Source: the human T2T-CHM13v2.0 reference genome, Homo sapiens. Taken from it: DNA of 64,000 nucleotides. Both the position numbers and the translations under genes were made by a program. Location of the stretch: assembly GCF_009914755.1 (NCBI RefSeq), contig NC_060927.1. One strand, given 5' to 3'. Each line of letters begins with the position of its first letter. Position 1 is the stretch's first letter. The notes below the pieces were generated by a model. The model made no database searches. It saw nothing but the letters and a program-made list of their open reading frames with translations, and was not told the DNA's origin. Shown here one piece after another: positions 1 through 13,660 of this stretch.

Positions 1-127
1 AGGAATATAAATAAATAAATAACATTATTGGAACAATAAGAAAGCCAAAAACAAACAAATAAACAGCAAATACAAATAATAAAGAGTTTTGATGGAAATC
101 CATTGAAATGTTAATTATGTTTTAAAG

Positions 128-343
128 CAGGAGTGTCCAATCTTTTGGCTTCCCTGGGCTACAGTGGAAGAAGAATTGTCTTGGGCCACATATAAAATAC
201 ACAAATTTTTAGCTGATGAGCTAAAAAAAAAATTGCAAAAAAATCTCATAACGTTTTAAGAAAATGTATGAATTTTTGTTGGGCCACATTCAAAGCCATC
301 CTGGGTTGCATGCAGCCTGAGGGCTGTAGGTTGGACAAGCTTG
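128..343. mobile_element. MER30 hAT-Charlie non-autonomous DNA transposon
   Basis: caggagtgtccaatcttttggcttccctggg...ggttggacaagcttg ends. Near-perfect 8-bp TSD ttttaaag/ttttaagg. Confidence 0.85.
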
Positions 344-354
344 TTTTAAGGTAT

Positions 355-1740
355 TAATTTATGCTCTTCTTTTCCCTAGAAGTATAATATATACAGAAAA
401 GTACAAAAAACATGAGCAGATAGATCAATGAAGTATTGTTAAGCCAGATCCAGGAATAGATATTTCCAACACCCCCAGAAGGTCCGCCCATTATATCCCC
501 TTCTAGTTATGACATCCTCCTTCTGCCTCAAAGATGAGCCATATCTTGACTTGTGAATTTGTAATTATTATTGCTTTTTAATTTTATATGAATAAAATCA
601 TGCAATATATAATATATTGCTTCAAGTCTGGCTTATTAGCCAACTATGTTTCTGAGATCCTTTTATATTGTTGTAGGTAGCTGTAGTTCATTTTTCTGAT
701 CACATATAATATTTTATTGTATGAATATAATGCAGTTTATGTGGAACTTTTACTGTTATTGGAAAATTGTATTATTTCTAAGTGCATTCTTCTATGATTA
801 TTCTTGCACATATCTTTTGGGAGATCTGTGTAAATATTTCTCTGTTGTATATACCAGAAATCAGAATTATCGGGAAATTGGGCATGCATATGACAATTTT
901 AAAAGATAACACCAAATTGTTGTCTATAGTGATTTTATTAATTTGTACTCTTTCCAGTAATGTTTTTTTCTATATTCTTGACAATATTTGATATGATCAG
1001 TCTTTTTAAAAATTTTAGCCTTTTGCAGGGGGATAGTAAAAAGTATCTCATTTTGGTTTAGCTTCTGTTTCCTGATCACTAATGAAATTGGGCACTTTTT
1101 AAAATTATTATTGGCTATTTGGAAACCTCCCTCCCTCCCCTTGGTTTCTAGGAATAACTTAATTCATTTTTCCATATTTTAATTGTGTTGTCTTTGTTTT
1201 CATTAGTGATTGATTCTAGAGAAGAGCACAATGTTGCTTTTTTGTGTAGGAAACCGCTTCTACTGTGTCGCTTGCCTTTTCACTCTCTTAATCATGTCTT
1301 TTGATAAACAGAAAAATTTAAATTTAACATAGTTCAATCTATTGGTCTTTTTCTTTTTGAGATGTTTTTTGTAAAAAGTTTAAGAACTGTTTTCCTTCCT
1401 TGCGATCATATTTTCCTGTTATCTTCTATAGTGTATTTTGTCCTTCGTATTTAAATTATAATGCACCTGCATTTTATTTATTTATTCATTTATTTTCATG
1501 GTGTAAAATTGGTTCAATATACAATTTTTTTCTATAGGGATCCAATTGAGCCAGAACATATATGAAAGATGCAGTCCTTTCTTTGCTGTTCTACAGTGCC
1601 ATTCCTAAAGGGAATTAAATCTGCATGCCTGCTTGAGCCTGCTATTGACCTCTTTTTTCTCTCTTCCTTTGTTGTATTTGTAAATGCCATATTCTAGTAA
1701 TTACTGCAGTCTTACAATAAGTCTTAATATCTGATAGCTA
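355..1740 (-). mobile_element. Old L1 (L1M/L1ME-type) 3' UTR and ORF2 end, degraded
   Basis: Antisense L1 motifs such as atttccaacacccccagaagg, gagatccttttatattgttgtaggtagc, gatccaattgagccag and ttactgcagtcttacaataagtctt. Confidence 0.65.
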
Positions 1741-2739
1741 TTAAAATAGACTATATGGTTTAAAAAAAAAAGAGGCTTGAATTGTAAGTGAAACCAAAGG
1801 AGAATAAAATCCAAAGAGAACCAGAGGAGAATAAAAATTCATGCCATGAGATCCAATCCATTATGAAAATTGAGCTTTAAAAAGCTTTAGAATTAGTGAC
1901 CAAGGCAAAGAGCGGTACATATCTTTCATTGGATAAAAATATAACAACTGTTTCTGTGAGTATAATCACCCTGAGTATAAAAAGCCCGAGGGAAGCTTCT
2001 CCTGTGAACCTGCATCAAGAGCAGTGGGTGATTCCGTGGATTATAGTCCCCTCACAGACATGCAATGCTGGCTTTTTTATGGTAGCTTCCTATAGCATAT
2101 CTCAAAAATAATAGCTACCATGTATTAGGTATCTATTAAGCCTTTTACATAACATTTGTTAAAAAAAAAATTCCCAAACTATGTGCCTGGTTTGCTACCA
2201 CTATAGCCAATGTCACTGGGCATCTCACTATTCTCTGACTGTAGCTGTTACAAGAGCATCAATAGATTCTCTAAAATGCAGACAATAGAAAGGAGTTGCT
2301 AAATTTGTCAAATTTTAAGTGAATCTAATGCTTATTTTGTTGGTATGTTGGGTGGCTCTTCTTGGTGGAAGGCTCACAACCTGTAACTGACTCCAGAGCT
2401 TCTGCTTACCAATTTCAGAAAACTAGGTTTCGAGTATTTCCTTTGAGCATTCCTTCATGTGCTTTTATGAGGCTAACTCTCCTTCCCTATTTCCAAGATG
2501 GATACTTTGGGAAGGTAACATATTCTAGTTCTCAAATTGATGTAAGTACATTTATGTTACTTTCTTCTCTATTTTTGTAGCAGTGAGGGAATAATGGGAA
2601 TTTATACAAATAAACCACATGAGTATTTCAAGTTCTGTGATGTTGATCACATTCTCTGTGATGTATGCTTTAGTTGTATCTTCCTCAAAGTAAGTACCAA
2701 CCTTCCTACAGTTATTTCTAATTAAACAGGATAATCTAG

Positions 2740-3240
<501 letters not shown>

Positions 3241-3249
3241 CATTCAACT

Positions 3250-3415
3250 AATGCTTGTCAAATTTAATGTGCACAGGAATCACTTGGAGATCTTATTAAA
3301 TGCAAATTCTGATTCAGTAGGTCTAAAGTGAGGCCCAAGATTCTACATGTTTAACAAGATCACAGGTAACACTGATGGTGCTGCCCTGGACAGATATCAG
3401 ACGGTGGGTAGCAAA
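3250..3415. mobile_element. MER5A-like hAT DNA transposon
   Basis: gaatcacttggagatcttattaaatgcaaattctgattcagtaggtctaaagtgaggcccaagattctacatgtttaacaag. Confidence 0.75.
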
Positions 3416-4979
3416 CAGTCTCAAAATGAACCTTAGGTTAATGTCTAAAGACAATCAAATAGCATTACCATAGGGGTCAACACAAGGTGATAGAAGGAAT
3501 AGCTCTATTATGATGTAAAGAAATCTTAGGGAAAAACAAATGGTAATTGGTATTTCCCACCACTAAGATGGTCATTCAACTATCCATTTATGCATCCAAA
3601 CAATGCATATTTATTAAGCACCTACCATATGTGTCAAACATAAGTGCAAGCAGTAAGTAAAATAAGGTCTATTTTCTGTATTTATACATCTGCCAAAGTA
3701 TAAATGCAGACTCACTTTTTAAAAAAGGAATTATATGAATGCCATTGGAATAAAGCACCAGGAAAAAAATGTGCTTGAGCATTAACCAAAGTAATAGGTT
3801 TTCAAACTGTATTTCCTTGCCAGAAATACTATCCTCCTAGGCAGTGTTTCTACTCATGACAGAAAATGCAAATAAGGAAGAGTCTCCATCTATAGACGTG
3901 ATTTAACAAGTCAATTGCAGGTGTTTTTCCTCCTTTTTGAGAATTGTGCGGTTGAGAGATCTACTTTCACATACATATTAATGAGTTGTTTTGCATAAAT
4001 CAATTCTATTTTTATGAATGGAGATTATATAACCCTCCTGTAATTCTTCCAGAAATCCCATCCAAACAAGCTACTAGAGTTCTTAGTAGGGTATGTCCCT
4101 TGAGCACAAAGGATTTTATTTTAATTATTTCATCCATTTTTAAGCAAAAGTAATCAAATATAAACAACTGTGCTGGAGGCTGCACCCTCTGCCAGCTGCC
4201 TCTCAGCCTTCTGAAAGGCTCTCTGTTTTTGTGTTGTTTCTGTTTTGTTTTTTTGTTGTTTTTTGTTTTTTGTTTTTGTACTTTTCTCAGTACTCATTTA
4301 GAAAGCAATCCTATTGTTTTTATTTAAAAAGGTGTAAAATGTAGCTGATTCAAACTTTAAAATTTATGATATTCCTCTTTGGCAAGTCTAGCTGACTATG
4401 GGCCCTGAATATTATTATTGCTATAAATATTAAAATTAATAAAAGCTTATATGTGTCCAGTAAGCCAAAATATGGGAAAACATTTCCTGAGCTTGCTTAA
4501 ATTTTCACAGCAAGTGAATGGCAGAGCCAGGACTTTAAACCTCAGTCTAATGGACAACAGAAATCAGGCTTCAAACACAACACTGGCATTTCAAAGCATG
4601 TCCCAGGTGGCAGATGTCCTAAAGAAGCATCTCACTTCTACCTGTGGTTCCAGTTAGCTCACTCTATCCTCCACCTTCTTTCCATAGTTAACAGGGGAAA
4701 ATGTCAGAGTCTGTGATGCACTGGATAAAATTGTCCTCCCCTGAGCTCCACGTTTTCACAGCTGGAGTGAAGAAGGTGTCTTGGCAAGATTCCCACAAAC
4801 ACACACTCAAAACACACATCCTCACTCCCATATTTGCCTTGACATCACCATCTCTGCTTTTACGAGGTCTTGACTCCTGTGTACATAAGGCAGCAAGCCT
4901 GGAATTCTTAGGTCACCCCTCATTGCCCAAACCTTCATCTACATAGAGCTCTGAATGTTCCCGTATCTGAACCCACTTC

Positions 4980-5990
4980 CCAATCCTCCGCAGCTTGTGA
5001 AATTCTTCCTTGGGCCTCCTAAAACCAAAATCAATAATTAGCAAAATCTTTGCACACTTAAAGTTTTCCCTGAAAGTCCCCCTGACTGTGTTGCTTCAAC
5101 TGACATTTGGCTTCCATCTGAAGATGCTTCTCCTCTCTGGCTGAACTGCTGATTCTTTTCTCCAATACCCCTCTTACCACAGGTCTGTCAGTAGGGATAG
5201 AGTCGTCCCATCTCCTCCGTGCCATTTCCAGATGATCCCTCCTCCCTCATATCTAATTCCTTTGCCATTAAAATCATGCCATTAGCCCGCACTACTCATA
5301 ACTTCTCTTTGTTGCAATCATATTCTCATCCCCTAAACTCCAACATTTCTTGAAGATTTTACCTATTAGCTCACTGTCATTCTCTGCATAATACTCCTGT
5401 CGAATATCTTGGCCATTTCAGCCTTTGGTGAATTTGGTATTCAGTACTCAATATCCTGATTTGCCAGTTTCTTGACTTCTTTCGTTCTGTTGCCCTTGTT
5501 TATCGACCCATCTTAGCCAATAGCCACGCTGCTAAGATGACTCTTTTAAGACTTTGTCAATGTCTAAAGTTGCCAGTTCCACCCATAATCTGATTTTCAA
5601 CCTTCCCAAATTTGACTGTCTGACTCACTCTCTCCAGTCCATGGACTCCAGCAATACTTTGACTCTGCTAGATCCTATAATTCACGAATCCTAACAACTA
5701 CTCCTGTCCTTCTCCTGCTTCGTCTTGTCATTCCCTCTATACTGAGACAAAGGCAAAAAACACTTCTTCTCATTAACTTTTAACTCACTTGCTCATCACT
5801 TGCACATCAATGATTCACTTTCACTTTCCCCCTTATTTCATTCATCTGGTGAAATCTAAGCCATGATGAAATCCAAACCAAAATTTTAATCTAGTGAAAA
5901 ATCCAACTATGACACCTGCTTTCACTTTCCAATTAATGACCACCGACATCAGTGGTCCATTCAGTGGGCCATTAATGTTGCCTGACATTA
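4980..5990 (+). mobile_element. L2 LINE fragment including the degraded APE endonuclease region
   Basis: Pyrimidine-rich, with remnants of the L2 EN motifs in order: LTETW (caactgacatttgg), VAVIY (gttgcaatcatat), FLEDF (tttcttgaagatttt), LGDF (cttggccatttc). Confidence 0.6.
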
Positions 5991-7896
5991 AGTCACCATG
6001 AAGCTCAAAGATGTTACTGTATTGCCAGCATCTTCAGTCTAGAAAGGCCCTCTGTAGGTGGAAAAAAGTATGAGCTAGTATTTTTCTCCTATAAAAGTCA
6101 ACTAAATCATCCTCACATACCTCAAACAAAATTTTCCTGACCCTTTAATATAATTTATGTTATAAACTGCTTGATACTTAGTTCTGATTCAGGTCTGACT
6201 CATTGCCTAGTCCCTGAGCCAGGATGGACTTTGGCTGTACTTGAGATGTCAAGGTAATCTGGCACTCTGACTAACTAGATGTGTTTCAGTTGCTTACCTC
6301 TAGAGTTATTTCCCCAAAATAATTCCAATGAAACGTTAAAACACACAACAAAGGCAGCCTCTTTCTTTTTCCAATCCCATCTATCACATACCATTGGATT
6401 TCTGTTTTGCTACAAAGTCCTGAAGGTTTTGGCCTTTTATTTTTATCTCACAACCTAGGCCCACTTCTTAAACATTGCCTAGCTTGCCTTTCCCTTTTAA
6501 AATCTGCCAACAATCACTTTCTCTGTTGAAATTATCTCTTCCTACATCCAACTGTGGGAAGAACAGCCTTTTCATTGTGCTGTTCTCTGAGGACAAGAAT
6601 AGAAGCACATTTTTTAATTCTTATTTTTGTGTGACTTTTTTCTGCTTAGTAGTTACCAGTTTTTACTACAATTGTGATTCCTGACAATATATAACATTTA
6701 GAAAATAAGGAAAAGCTATTAATAATATCACCTGAGCCAGAGACAACCACTGTTAACATTAGTAGATTCTTCTAAAATTTTTTCTTATACAAATCATAAA
6801 CACAGATGGATGAATATTTGTTAATTGTGGATAACTATTTCACTTTACGGAAATAATACAACAAACACTTTAAAACATTTTCCCTACTAGTCATTTTAGA
6901 GGATATTTTAACAAAAATAATAAAATACGGAGAACAATTAAGATTTCAGAATTTTCAAAGTTTGCATATTCATGATCTGTTTTTTAAAATTCAGGTCTCC
7001 TGACTAAGATGCTTATTTTACTGCAGAGAAATAAGCTTTTGTGGATACCACACTCAAGGGGAAAGACAGGCTTATTCTCGAAGCAAATAGAGGGTCCTTC
7101 CTGCCAATATGACCTAGAGAAACAGACAAATAGTGAGAAGATGCATCTCCGAGAACCTTCAGGCTGGGCCACTGTAAATCCGGTTGGATTTGACTCAACC
7201 CAGGGCATAAGTAATGTTCTCAGGGCATTTCCTTAACGAAGACTCCCTATTGAAAGAAGGTATAGCATGAACAATGTCGGGAAGTCAGAATGCTTAATTT
7301 CTGCATTTTCTTCCTCTGAACTGCTAAGATTGTATTTAGAGACAGGTAGAGTCCTATGTGCGTGTTCTAATCTAGTTAATTTACTTCAATCATCCTCTTT
7401 TATTTTGCCAGCAGGCAAAGCCCCTTCAGAATACCTAATTATTATTCCAGACTCCTGTCTTAGTTTTCATCAGAGGACTTGTATATTTCATTAGCTTCAG
7501 TCCTTGTACCACCTCTCCTTACCAAGCCCAGCATTGTGACACCATGTCCTTTACCCTTGTGTTTTTGAAAGCAAAAGAAGAAACGCATACATTTTTATTA
7601 TTCATTCTTTTATCTCACTAGTCTTGTTCTGCGAAAATTTGAGATCTCAATAGATAGTGAAACAGTCTTTCACCCTTTTCCATGGAATAAATAGTTATTG
7701 GTGTTTATATACTCTATAATTATTATATGTTGATAAATGGTTATGTAATAGCTGCATACAGGGAGGAAAAGTCCTTGCAGGTAATTTTGTCTGCTAATTA
7801 CATATAAATTGGTTAAGCAGTCATGCGTATTGATGACATCGTTTTCAACTGATTTGACTTCTCAAAATTACTAAACTTCTACCTGGTCATCTAAGG

Positions 7897-8170
7897 CAGG
7901 ACAATTTTTCCCCAGGATGAGGGGTTGGAGGGCAGTGGTTTCAGCAGGTATTAGATTCTCATAAGGAGTGCACAACCTAGATCCCTCGTATGCGCAGTTC
8001 ACAATAGGGTTCACACTCCTATAAGGATCTAACACCGCTGTTGATCTGACAGGAGGCAGAATTCAGGCGGTAACACTCTCTCACCTGCCACTCACCTCAC
8101 CTCCTGCTGTGCAGTCAGATTTCTAACTGTCTATGGCCCAGCACTGCAGCCCAGTGGTTGGGGACTGCTG
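7897..8170. mobile_element. MER1B hAT DNA transposon with internal deletions
   Basis: tattagattctcataaggagtgcacaacctagatccctcgtatgcgcagttcacaataggg core. Perfect 8-bp TSD atctaagg at 7889-7896 and 8171-8178. Confidence 0.9.
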
Positions 8171-8319
8171 ATCTAAGGAATAATCTCAGTCTTTGTCTCT
8201 CTTTATCCAAAACAACCATAAGTCTATTATATAAAAATAATGTATGTATGTATACATTTTGCATGTGCTTACATGTCTCTGCGCACACACATAAATTTAT
8301 ATAAATGGGATTGTTCTAG

Positions 8320-8720
8320 TAACCGACATTTTTCTTTAAAATTTTTAAGTTATAAAAAATTTCAAACATACAGAAATGTCTATAAAAATATTATAAACAG
8401 ATTTTTATTTAAATGTGTGTTAATGTTTTTGCATTTTTGCTTCAGATCTTTTTTAAAGACATAAAATATACCAATACTGCCAATTTTCATCTCGTGCTTT
8501 CTTTCCCTCCCTTCCCAGAAGTAACCGCTTTCCTGAAGTTGGTGATAATTTTTTGAAGTATGGCTTGAAATTTTTATTGTCTTTGTTTATAATATTTATA
8601 TAAATGTCATCAGAGTACAATTTCTTTGGCACCTTTTTCACTCTACATTCAGTTTTTGAAATTCAGCCATATTTCTACGTGTTTACTTATTTTAAATGTT
8701 GTGTAGTATTTCATTGGATT
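8320..8720 (-). mobile_element. Old L1 (L1ME-like) 3' fragment
   Basis: aatttcaaacatacagaaa, cccagaagtaaccgctttcctgaagttggtg and gtgtagtatttcattgg motifs. Confidence 0.5.
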
Positions 8721-9107
8721 AATGAAAGAAGTTTACTTCGTTTCAACGAAGGAATGAGAATAAAATTTAATCCTGTTTTTTCAGGAACAATACACTATAA
8801 AGGTATTTTTATTTATATCCATCAATTTCACTTATTTTTATTGAGCTATTATCATGTGTCAGACTCTATCATGTGTGGAAGTTACAGTGCTGATAAAACA
8901 AACACATCCTTGCCTGCCATGAGTCTACGAAAGCAGTAGGAGAGGGATCACATAAATATGTACAGCATAAAAAATGTAATAAATAGTCTGAGGAGACTCT
9001 GAGAGACTAAAATGAAAAAGTTATTTATTGGAGGCTCAAGAAAGCAGGATTCAAGATGGATGAAATTTCCAATGAAGGAAAATTAAGGTTCATCAAAATT
9101 AGTTATC

Positions 9108-9628
9108 TGTTAGAGTTTTTTGTATCTAATGCCACAGTAATGTGCTGAAACAAAGCATGAAAAAAACCCATGATGTCCAGCAGTAAACATTTATTTTTGG
9201 TCACGAATTTTTGGTTTACTCGGTGGTTCCTCTGGTCTTCTTGGGGTTCAGTTTTACATTGGTGGTCACATATGCAGTTACGTTAATCTTGCTGGGCTAA
9301 TTCATTACGTATTGTTGGCCCAGGCTGGGGCAACTGCAGTGATTTATTTCTTCTGCACATGGCCTCTCATGCTCCAGCCTGCTACTCCAGGCTTTTACCA
9401 TGGTAGCTGGGTGGGGATCCAAGAGCAAGGGGATAGAAGGCTACACAGCTACTTGAGGCATATGCTCAGAACCAATATATTGTCACTTCTGCTGCATTTT
9501 GTTTGCAAAGTCAGACCAGATTGAGGAATGGTGAAAGAGACTATGCCTCTGATGGAAGATGCTGCAAAGTCATTGCAATAGGGTACAGGAAGGTGAAAAA
9601 TTAGGACTAAGTTGTAATCACTCTCCCA
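9108..9628 (-). mobile_element. MLT1-family (ERVL-MaLR) LTR
   Basis: aaacatttatttttggtcacga, tggcctctcatgctccagc, ttgtcacttctgctgcattttg and gatggaagatgctgcaaagtc motifs. Confidence 0.65.
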
Positions 9629-9984
9629 TGGTGATATGAGGAATGGGGTAAGAATATTCCATAGACGGAAACACCACGTTTAAAGCCTATGAAATTGGAA
9701 GGGGCTACGTAAGACATTTGAAAATGGAAAAAAAAAAAGAAAGAAAGAAAGAAAGAAAGGAATTGTGGAGCCTATTGAGGAAAAAAGGGAATGGTGTCAG
9801 TAAAAGCTGGAGAAATTGGCAGGGACCATATTATGCTGGCATTATTGCTAACACTCAGGATTTTGAATTGTATCCTAGGAACAGTAGAGCTCCATACAAT
9901 TTTAAGAAATGTATTATTTAATTGATGACGTTACCTAATTTATTACATGATTTAATCGATTATATATAATCTAAGTTTAAAATT

Positions 9985-10158
9985 ATTTTTATTATTTCTT
10001 AGAGTCAAGGTCTCACTCTATTGCCCAGCTTGAGTGCAGTGGCACCATCACAACCTACTGCAGCTTCAAACTCCTGGGCTCAAGCAATCGTTTTGCTTCA
10101 GCCTCCTGAGTAGTAGCTGGGTCCACAAGCTTGCACCACCATGACTGGCTAATTTTTT
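9985..10158 (-). mobile_element. Alu right-arm monomer (AluJ/FRAM) adjoining a full AluJ
   Basis: ggtctcactctattgcccag...aactcctgggctcaagcaatc...ctggctaatttttt. Confidence 0.85.
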
Positions 10159-10476
10159 ATTTTATTTTATTTTAGTTTTAGTTTTATTGTTTTTTGAGAC
10201 AGAGTCTCGCTCTGTCATCCAGGCTTGAGTACAGTGGAGAGATCAAGACTAACCACAATGGGGATCCACCTAAGCTCAAGAAATCCACTCAGCTCAGTCT
10301 CCCAAGCAGCTGGGAATACAGGCGTGTGCCACCGTATCCGGCTAATTTTTAAGATTTTTTTGTAGAGACAAGGTCTCCCTATGTTGCCCACGCTAGTTTT
10401 GAACTCCTGGGTTCAAATGATCCTTCTGTCGTGGTCTCCTAAAGTGCTGCGATTACAGGCATGAGCCACCAAGCCT
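10159..10476 (-). mobile_element. AluJ, full dimer, diverged
   Basis: gagacagagtctcgctctgtc...gtagagacaaggtctccctatgttgcccac...gagccaccaagcct, with J-type diagnostics. Confidence 0.88.
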
Positions 10477-11029
10477 ATTATAGAATGTAATTTTTAATTA
10501 AAGTTATTTGCTTTATCTGTATTAAAATATCTTAAGAATTATAATTTTCTAAGTTATGAAATAATCTGGGAGCCTATTGAGTCATTAAGATGTTAGACGT
10601 GAAAGTGTGGGTGAGAGGTAGCAATGGAGACTAAGAAAACTGAGATATGATTGAGAAATTTTGGATGTTAAACCAATAATATTTGCTATGAGGTGGGATG
10701 TGGGTTTTGAGAAAGAGGATAGTATCAAATATCGCCAAATGGATAATTGATATTTATTATTTACTTTGATGAGGAAGACTTGAAGAACTACTTTGAATAA
10801 AGAATTAAGAGTTCAATTTCAGAGATGTCCTGAGGTTGGATATAAGGGTCTGGATTGCCAACAGAAAGTCTGTGCTAACCATATGAATTTGAGAATTATC
10901 TACATATAAATGTTACTTGAAGCCTTGGGAGTAGTTGAAGTCACCAGGAGTAAATTTTTCAATCAAGAAGAAAAGAAGACAAAAAATAAATCCCAAATAA
11001 TTCCAATTATTAGACATCAGGGAATATAA

Positions 11030-11890
11030 ATAGATATGTTCATGGTTTTAAATGGCTACATATCATCTGATTATATGTCTTTACCATAATTATTCTAAAT
11101 AAATGTCTCTTATTGGACTTTGTTAGGCTTCATTAGACAGTAATAAAATAACTATCTATTATATACTTCTTTACTCATTTGCCAATTATATCCGAACAGT
11201 AGATACTGGGAAGTTGAATTGCTGGGAAAAGTAGGTTATACATTTTAAATGTGAATGCATCTTGATTAACAACCTTTGAAAAATGGTTATGCCAAATGAT
11301 ACTTTCAACAGCACCACCCGAATATGCTATTACATCAATCCCTCTTGATATTATGTATTGCTTAATATGTACCCTTAGCAATCTGATGGGTGACAAATTC
11401 TTGTTGTTTTCATTTGGATGTCTAGGTTTATTTGTAAAATCAAACTTTTCTTATCTGTTTATTGGCAATTTAAAATTATTTTGTAAATTTCCTAAATTGG
11501 GTCTTTGCCTAGTTTTCTGTTGAAGGATTCAAATTCATTTCCAGGAATTATTTTAAATATGTTAATATTTTTCTTTTACAAATTATGTGAAATGTTCCTA
11601 TTTTTATTTTAACTTGGCTAGTTGTGTTTTTATGATACAGAAATTTTAGCAAAGAAATTGTTTTGTAATTCAATTTCTCTCTCATTTTCTTTATAATGCT
11701 TTTTGTGGCACATGCAGAAACATTATTTAAGCCCTATGATTGTAAAAACTATTTTTGGTCAGCACTCTTATAATTTCATTAATTCCTTCGAGGCCTTCGA
11801 TTCACCTTGAATTTTTTGTAATGAGCCTGAGGTAAACACCCAACCTTGCTTCCCCACCCCTGCCCTATGAAATTTCCCCAATTCCATTTA
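11030..11890 (-). mobile_element. Old L1 (L1ME-like) ORF2 3' fragment
   Basis: tagatactgggaagttgaattgctggg, cttagcaatctgatgggtgac and tgtttattggcaattt motifs. Confidence 0.55.
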
Positions 11891-13205
11891 ATAAGTAGTT
11901 CAGTGTTGACAGAGCCCATTTTCTACTTCAAATCCAAGAGGTTTTCTGCTGTGGAGGCAGTACAATATAGTAGTTAAGAGTAAAGTTCCCAATTACTCTA
12001 AATAATTTTCCCTTCACACCCCTCCCGGCAGAGTAGAACACTAGCTGGTGAGAGCGAGCTATTCTACAAAGCTCAAAGCTACACCGAAGGGTCATATTTC
12101 TCCTCTAGAGAAAGCCCATTTAACAACAAAAGACAAACTTTTAAAATGGCAGCACTGCCTAGATACTAATGGTTTCTGATGCGTTATTCTTCCTGTCAAT
12201 AGGTCAGATATAAAGGTTTAGAAGTCAGCATTAAGACCAAATGCAGCATCTAAACTAGAGAAAGTGAGTGAGGAACTGCCTTGAAGTCCATTCTATCAAT
12301 TTCATTTTAACCTGATTTATTTGGCTATATGTTTGCCCCCTCTGCATTTCCTATATCAGCTCCATCACAAATCAGTCCCCTCCAAGTTGTATTGGAAAAG
12401 CAATATATGTGATTGAGATATTGTTAACAACAAAGCCAATTCTGGTCCCAGAGCTGTTAGATTGTGATTGATAAAACTTAATATTTTGAAGGGAGGAAGA
12501 AAAAAAACCTATTATTCCAGTTCTTTTATTTGTAGTGTGGGTGAAGTTCCTTTTATCTCCTCTACTTTCATTGTAGCAGTATGACTGAAATTCCAATAAA
12601 TTATTGAATGCAATATCCAGATGTCCAGATGATTTTTTGGTGCTGCTGCTACTTCTTAGTGAGCAAGACAAAAGATAGTTGAGGTTCTGCAAAAAGTGTC
12701 AAAGCTTAGCAATAAAATAAGATTTCATTGAACAGAAACTAATGGAATCACTCAATTTATTTCCCTTTCACTGTTGTAATGCAGGGAAATCTTGCTTCAT
12801 ACGAGTCACAAAGCTTGAGTGTGCAGTGGCCTGGCTCTGGCATTGCATGGTTTGTGTGTGAGGGATTGGAATACCTTTAATAAAAAAGCGTGGGGTGAAG
12901 CAGCTTAGTCTTTCAAATAAAAGAAGTTTCAGTGTCTGGGCATCATGGCTGTTTAAAAGTCAACTTTTTCAACTTTTTCTCCTCGTGTCACCTTTTTAAT
13001 ATTCTTGGGGTCCCTGAAGACCTATATCTCCAGTTCATCTTGGCATACTTAGGTTCAGGTTTTATCTGCTCCATGGGGACAGCTACCTTTTTCTTAGAGT
13101 GCTTCCATTTTCTTTTCTCAGATGCACTTTGTAGCTGTGTCATAGATTAGCCAAGCATGCCTGATTGAGATATTAATCTGAAGGAGTGTTGGTTAAGAGA
13201 CAGAC

Positions 13206-13399
13206 CAGTGGTCAGCAAACCTTTTCTGTAAAGAGCCAGATAGTAAATATGTTTGATTTTCCGGCCAATGTCTCTGCTGTTATTGGGTGAAAGCAGCCAC
13301 CCATAAACCCATTAATGTGGCTGTGTTCCAATAAAACTTTATTCACAAAACAGACAGTGAGTAGGATTTAGCTCATGGGTTGCAGTCTGCAGAGCACTG
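13206..13399. mobile_element. MER58A hAT DNA transposon
   Basis: cagtggtcagcaaaccttttctgtaaagagccagatagtaaatat...gtggctgtgttccaataaaactttatt. Confidence 0.85.
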
Positions 13400-13439
13400 G
13401 AGTTCACTCAGAATACTTTATAGATGTGTCCTACCAATG

Positions 13440-13660
13440 ATGACTGTTAACATTTATTAAGCATTTGCTAAAAATTCTCCTTAGATAATCTCATTTCTCA
13501 TATTATTTACTAAAACTAAAGTGTGGGTACTATTTATAACCATGTTTATAGATAAATAACTGAAGAAGACAGAACAAGTAATTTACTAGTACATGGTAGA
13601 AGGGCATTTGAACTCAGGCTCACTCTAGGGCCCAAGCTTCTAACCACTCTGCCATAATGC
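13440..13660 (-). mobile_element. MIR
   Basis: aacatttattaagcatttgct...ttatagataaataactgaag...atttgaactcaggct. Confidence 0.6.

Larger units (their letters stand above)
8830..11020 (-). mobile_element. L2 LINE fragmented by an MLT1 and Alus
   Basis: ttattgagctattatcatgtgtcagac 3' end. Later segments ttggcagggaccatattatg...ggattttgaattgtatcc and gagttcaatttcagagatgtc...gttacttgaagccttggg. Confidence 0.55.

Noticed and set aside
5509-5539. 9-bp inverted repeat catcttagc/gctaagatg
   Set aside because: Several such stems are expected by chance in 64 kb and there is no supporting context.
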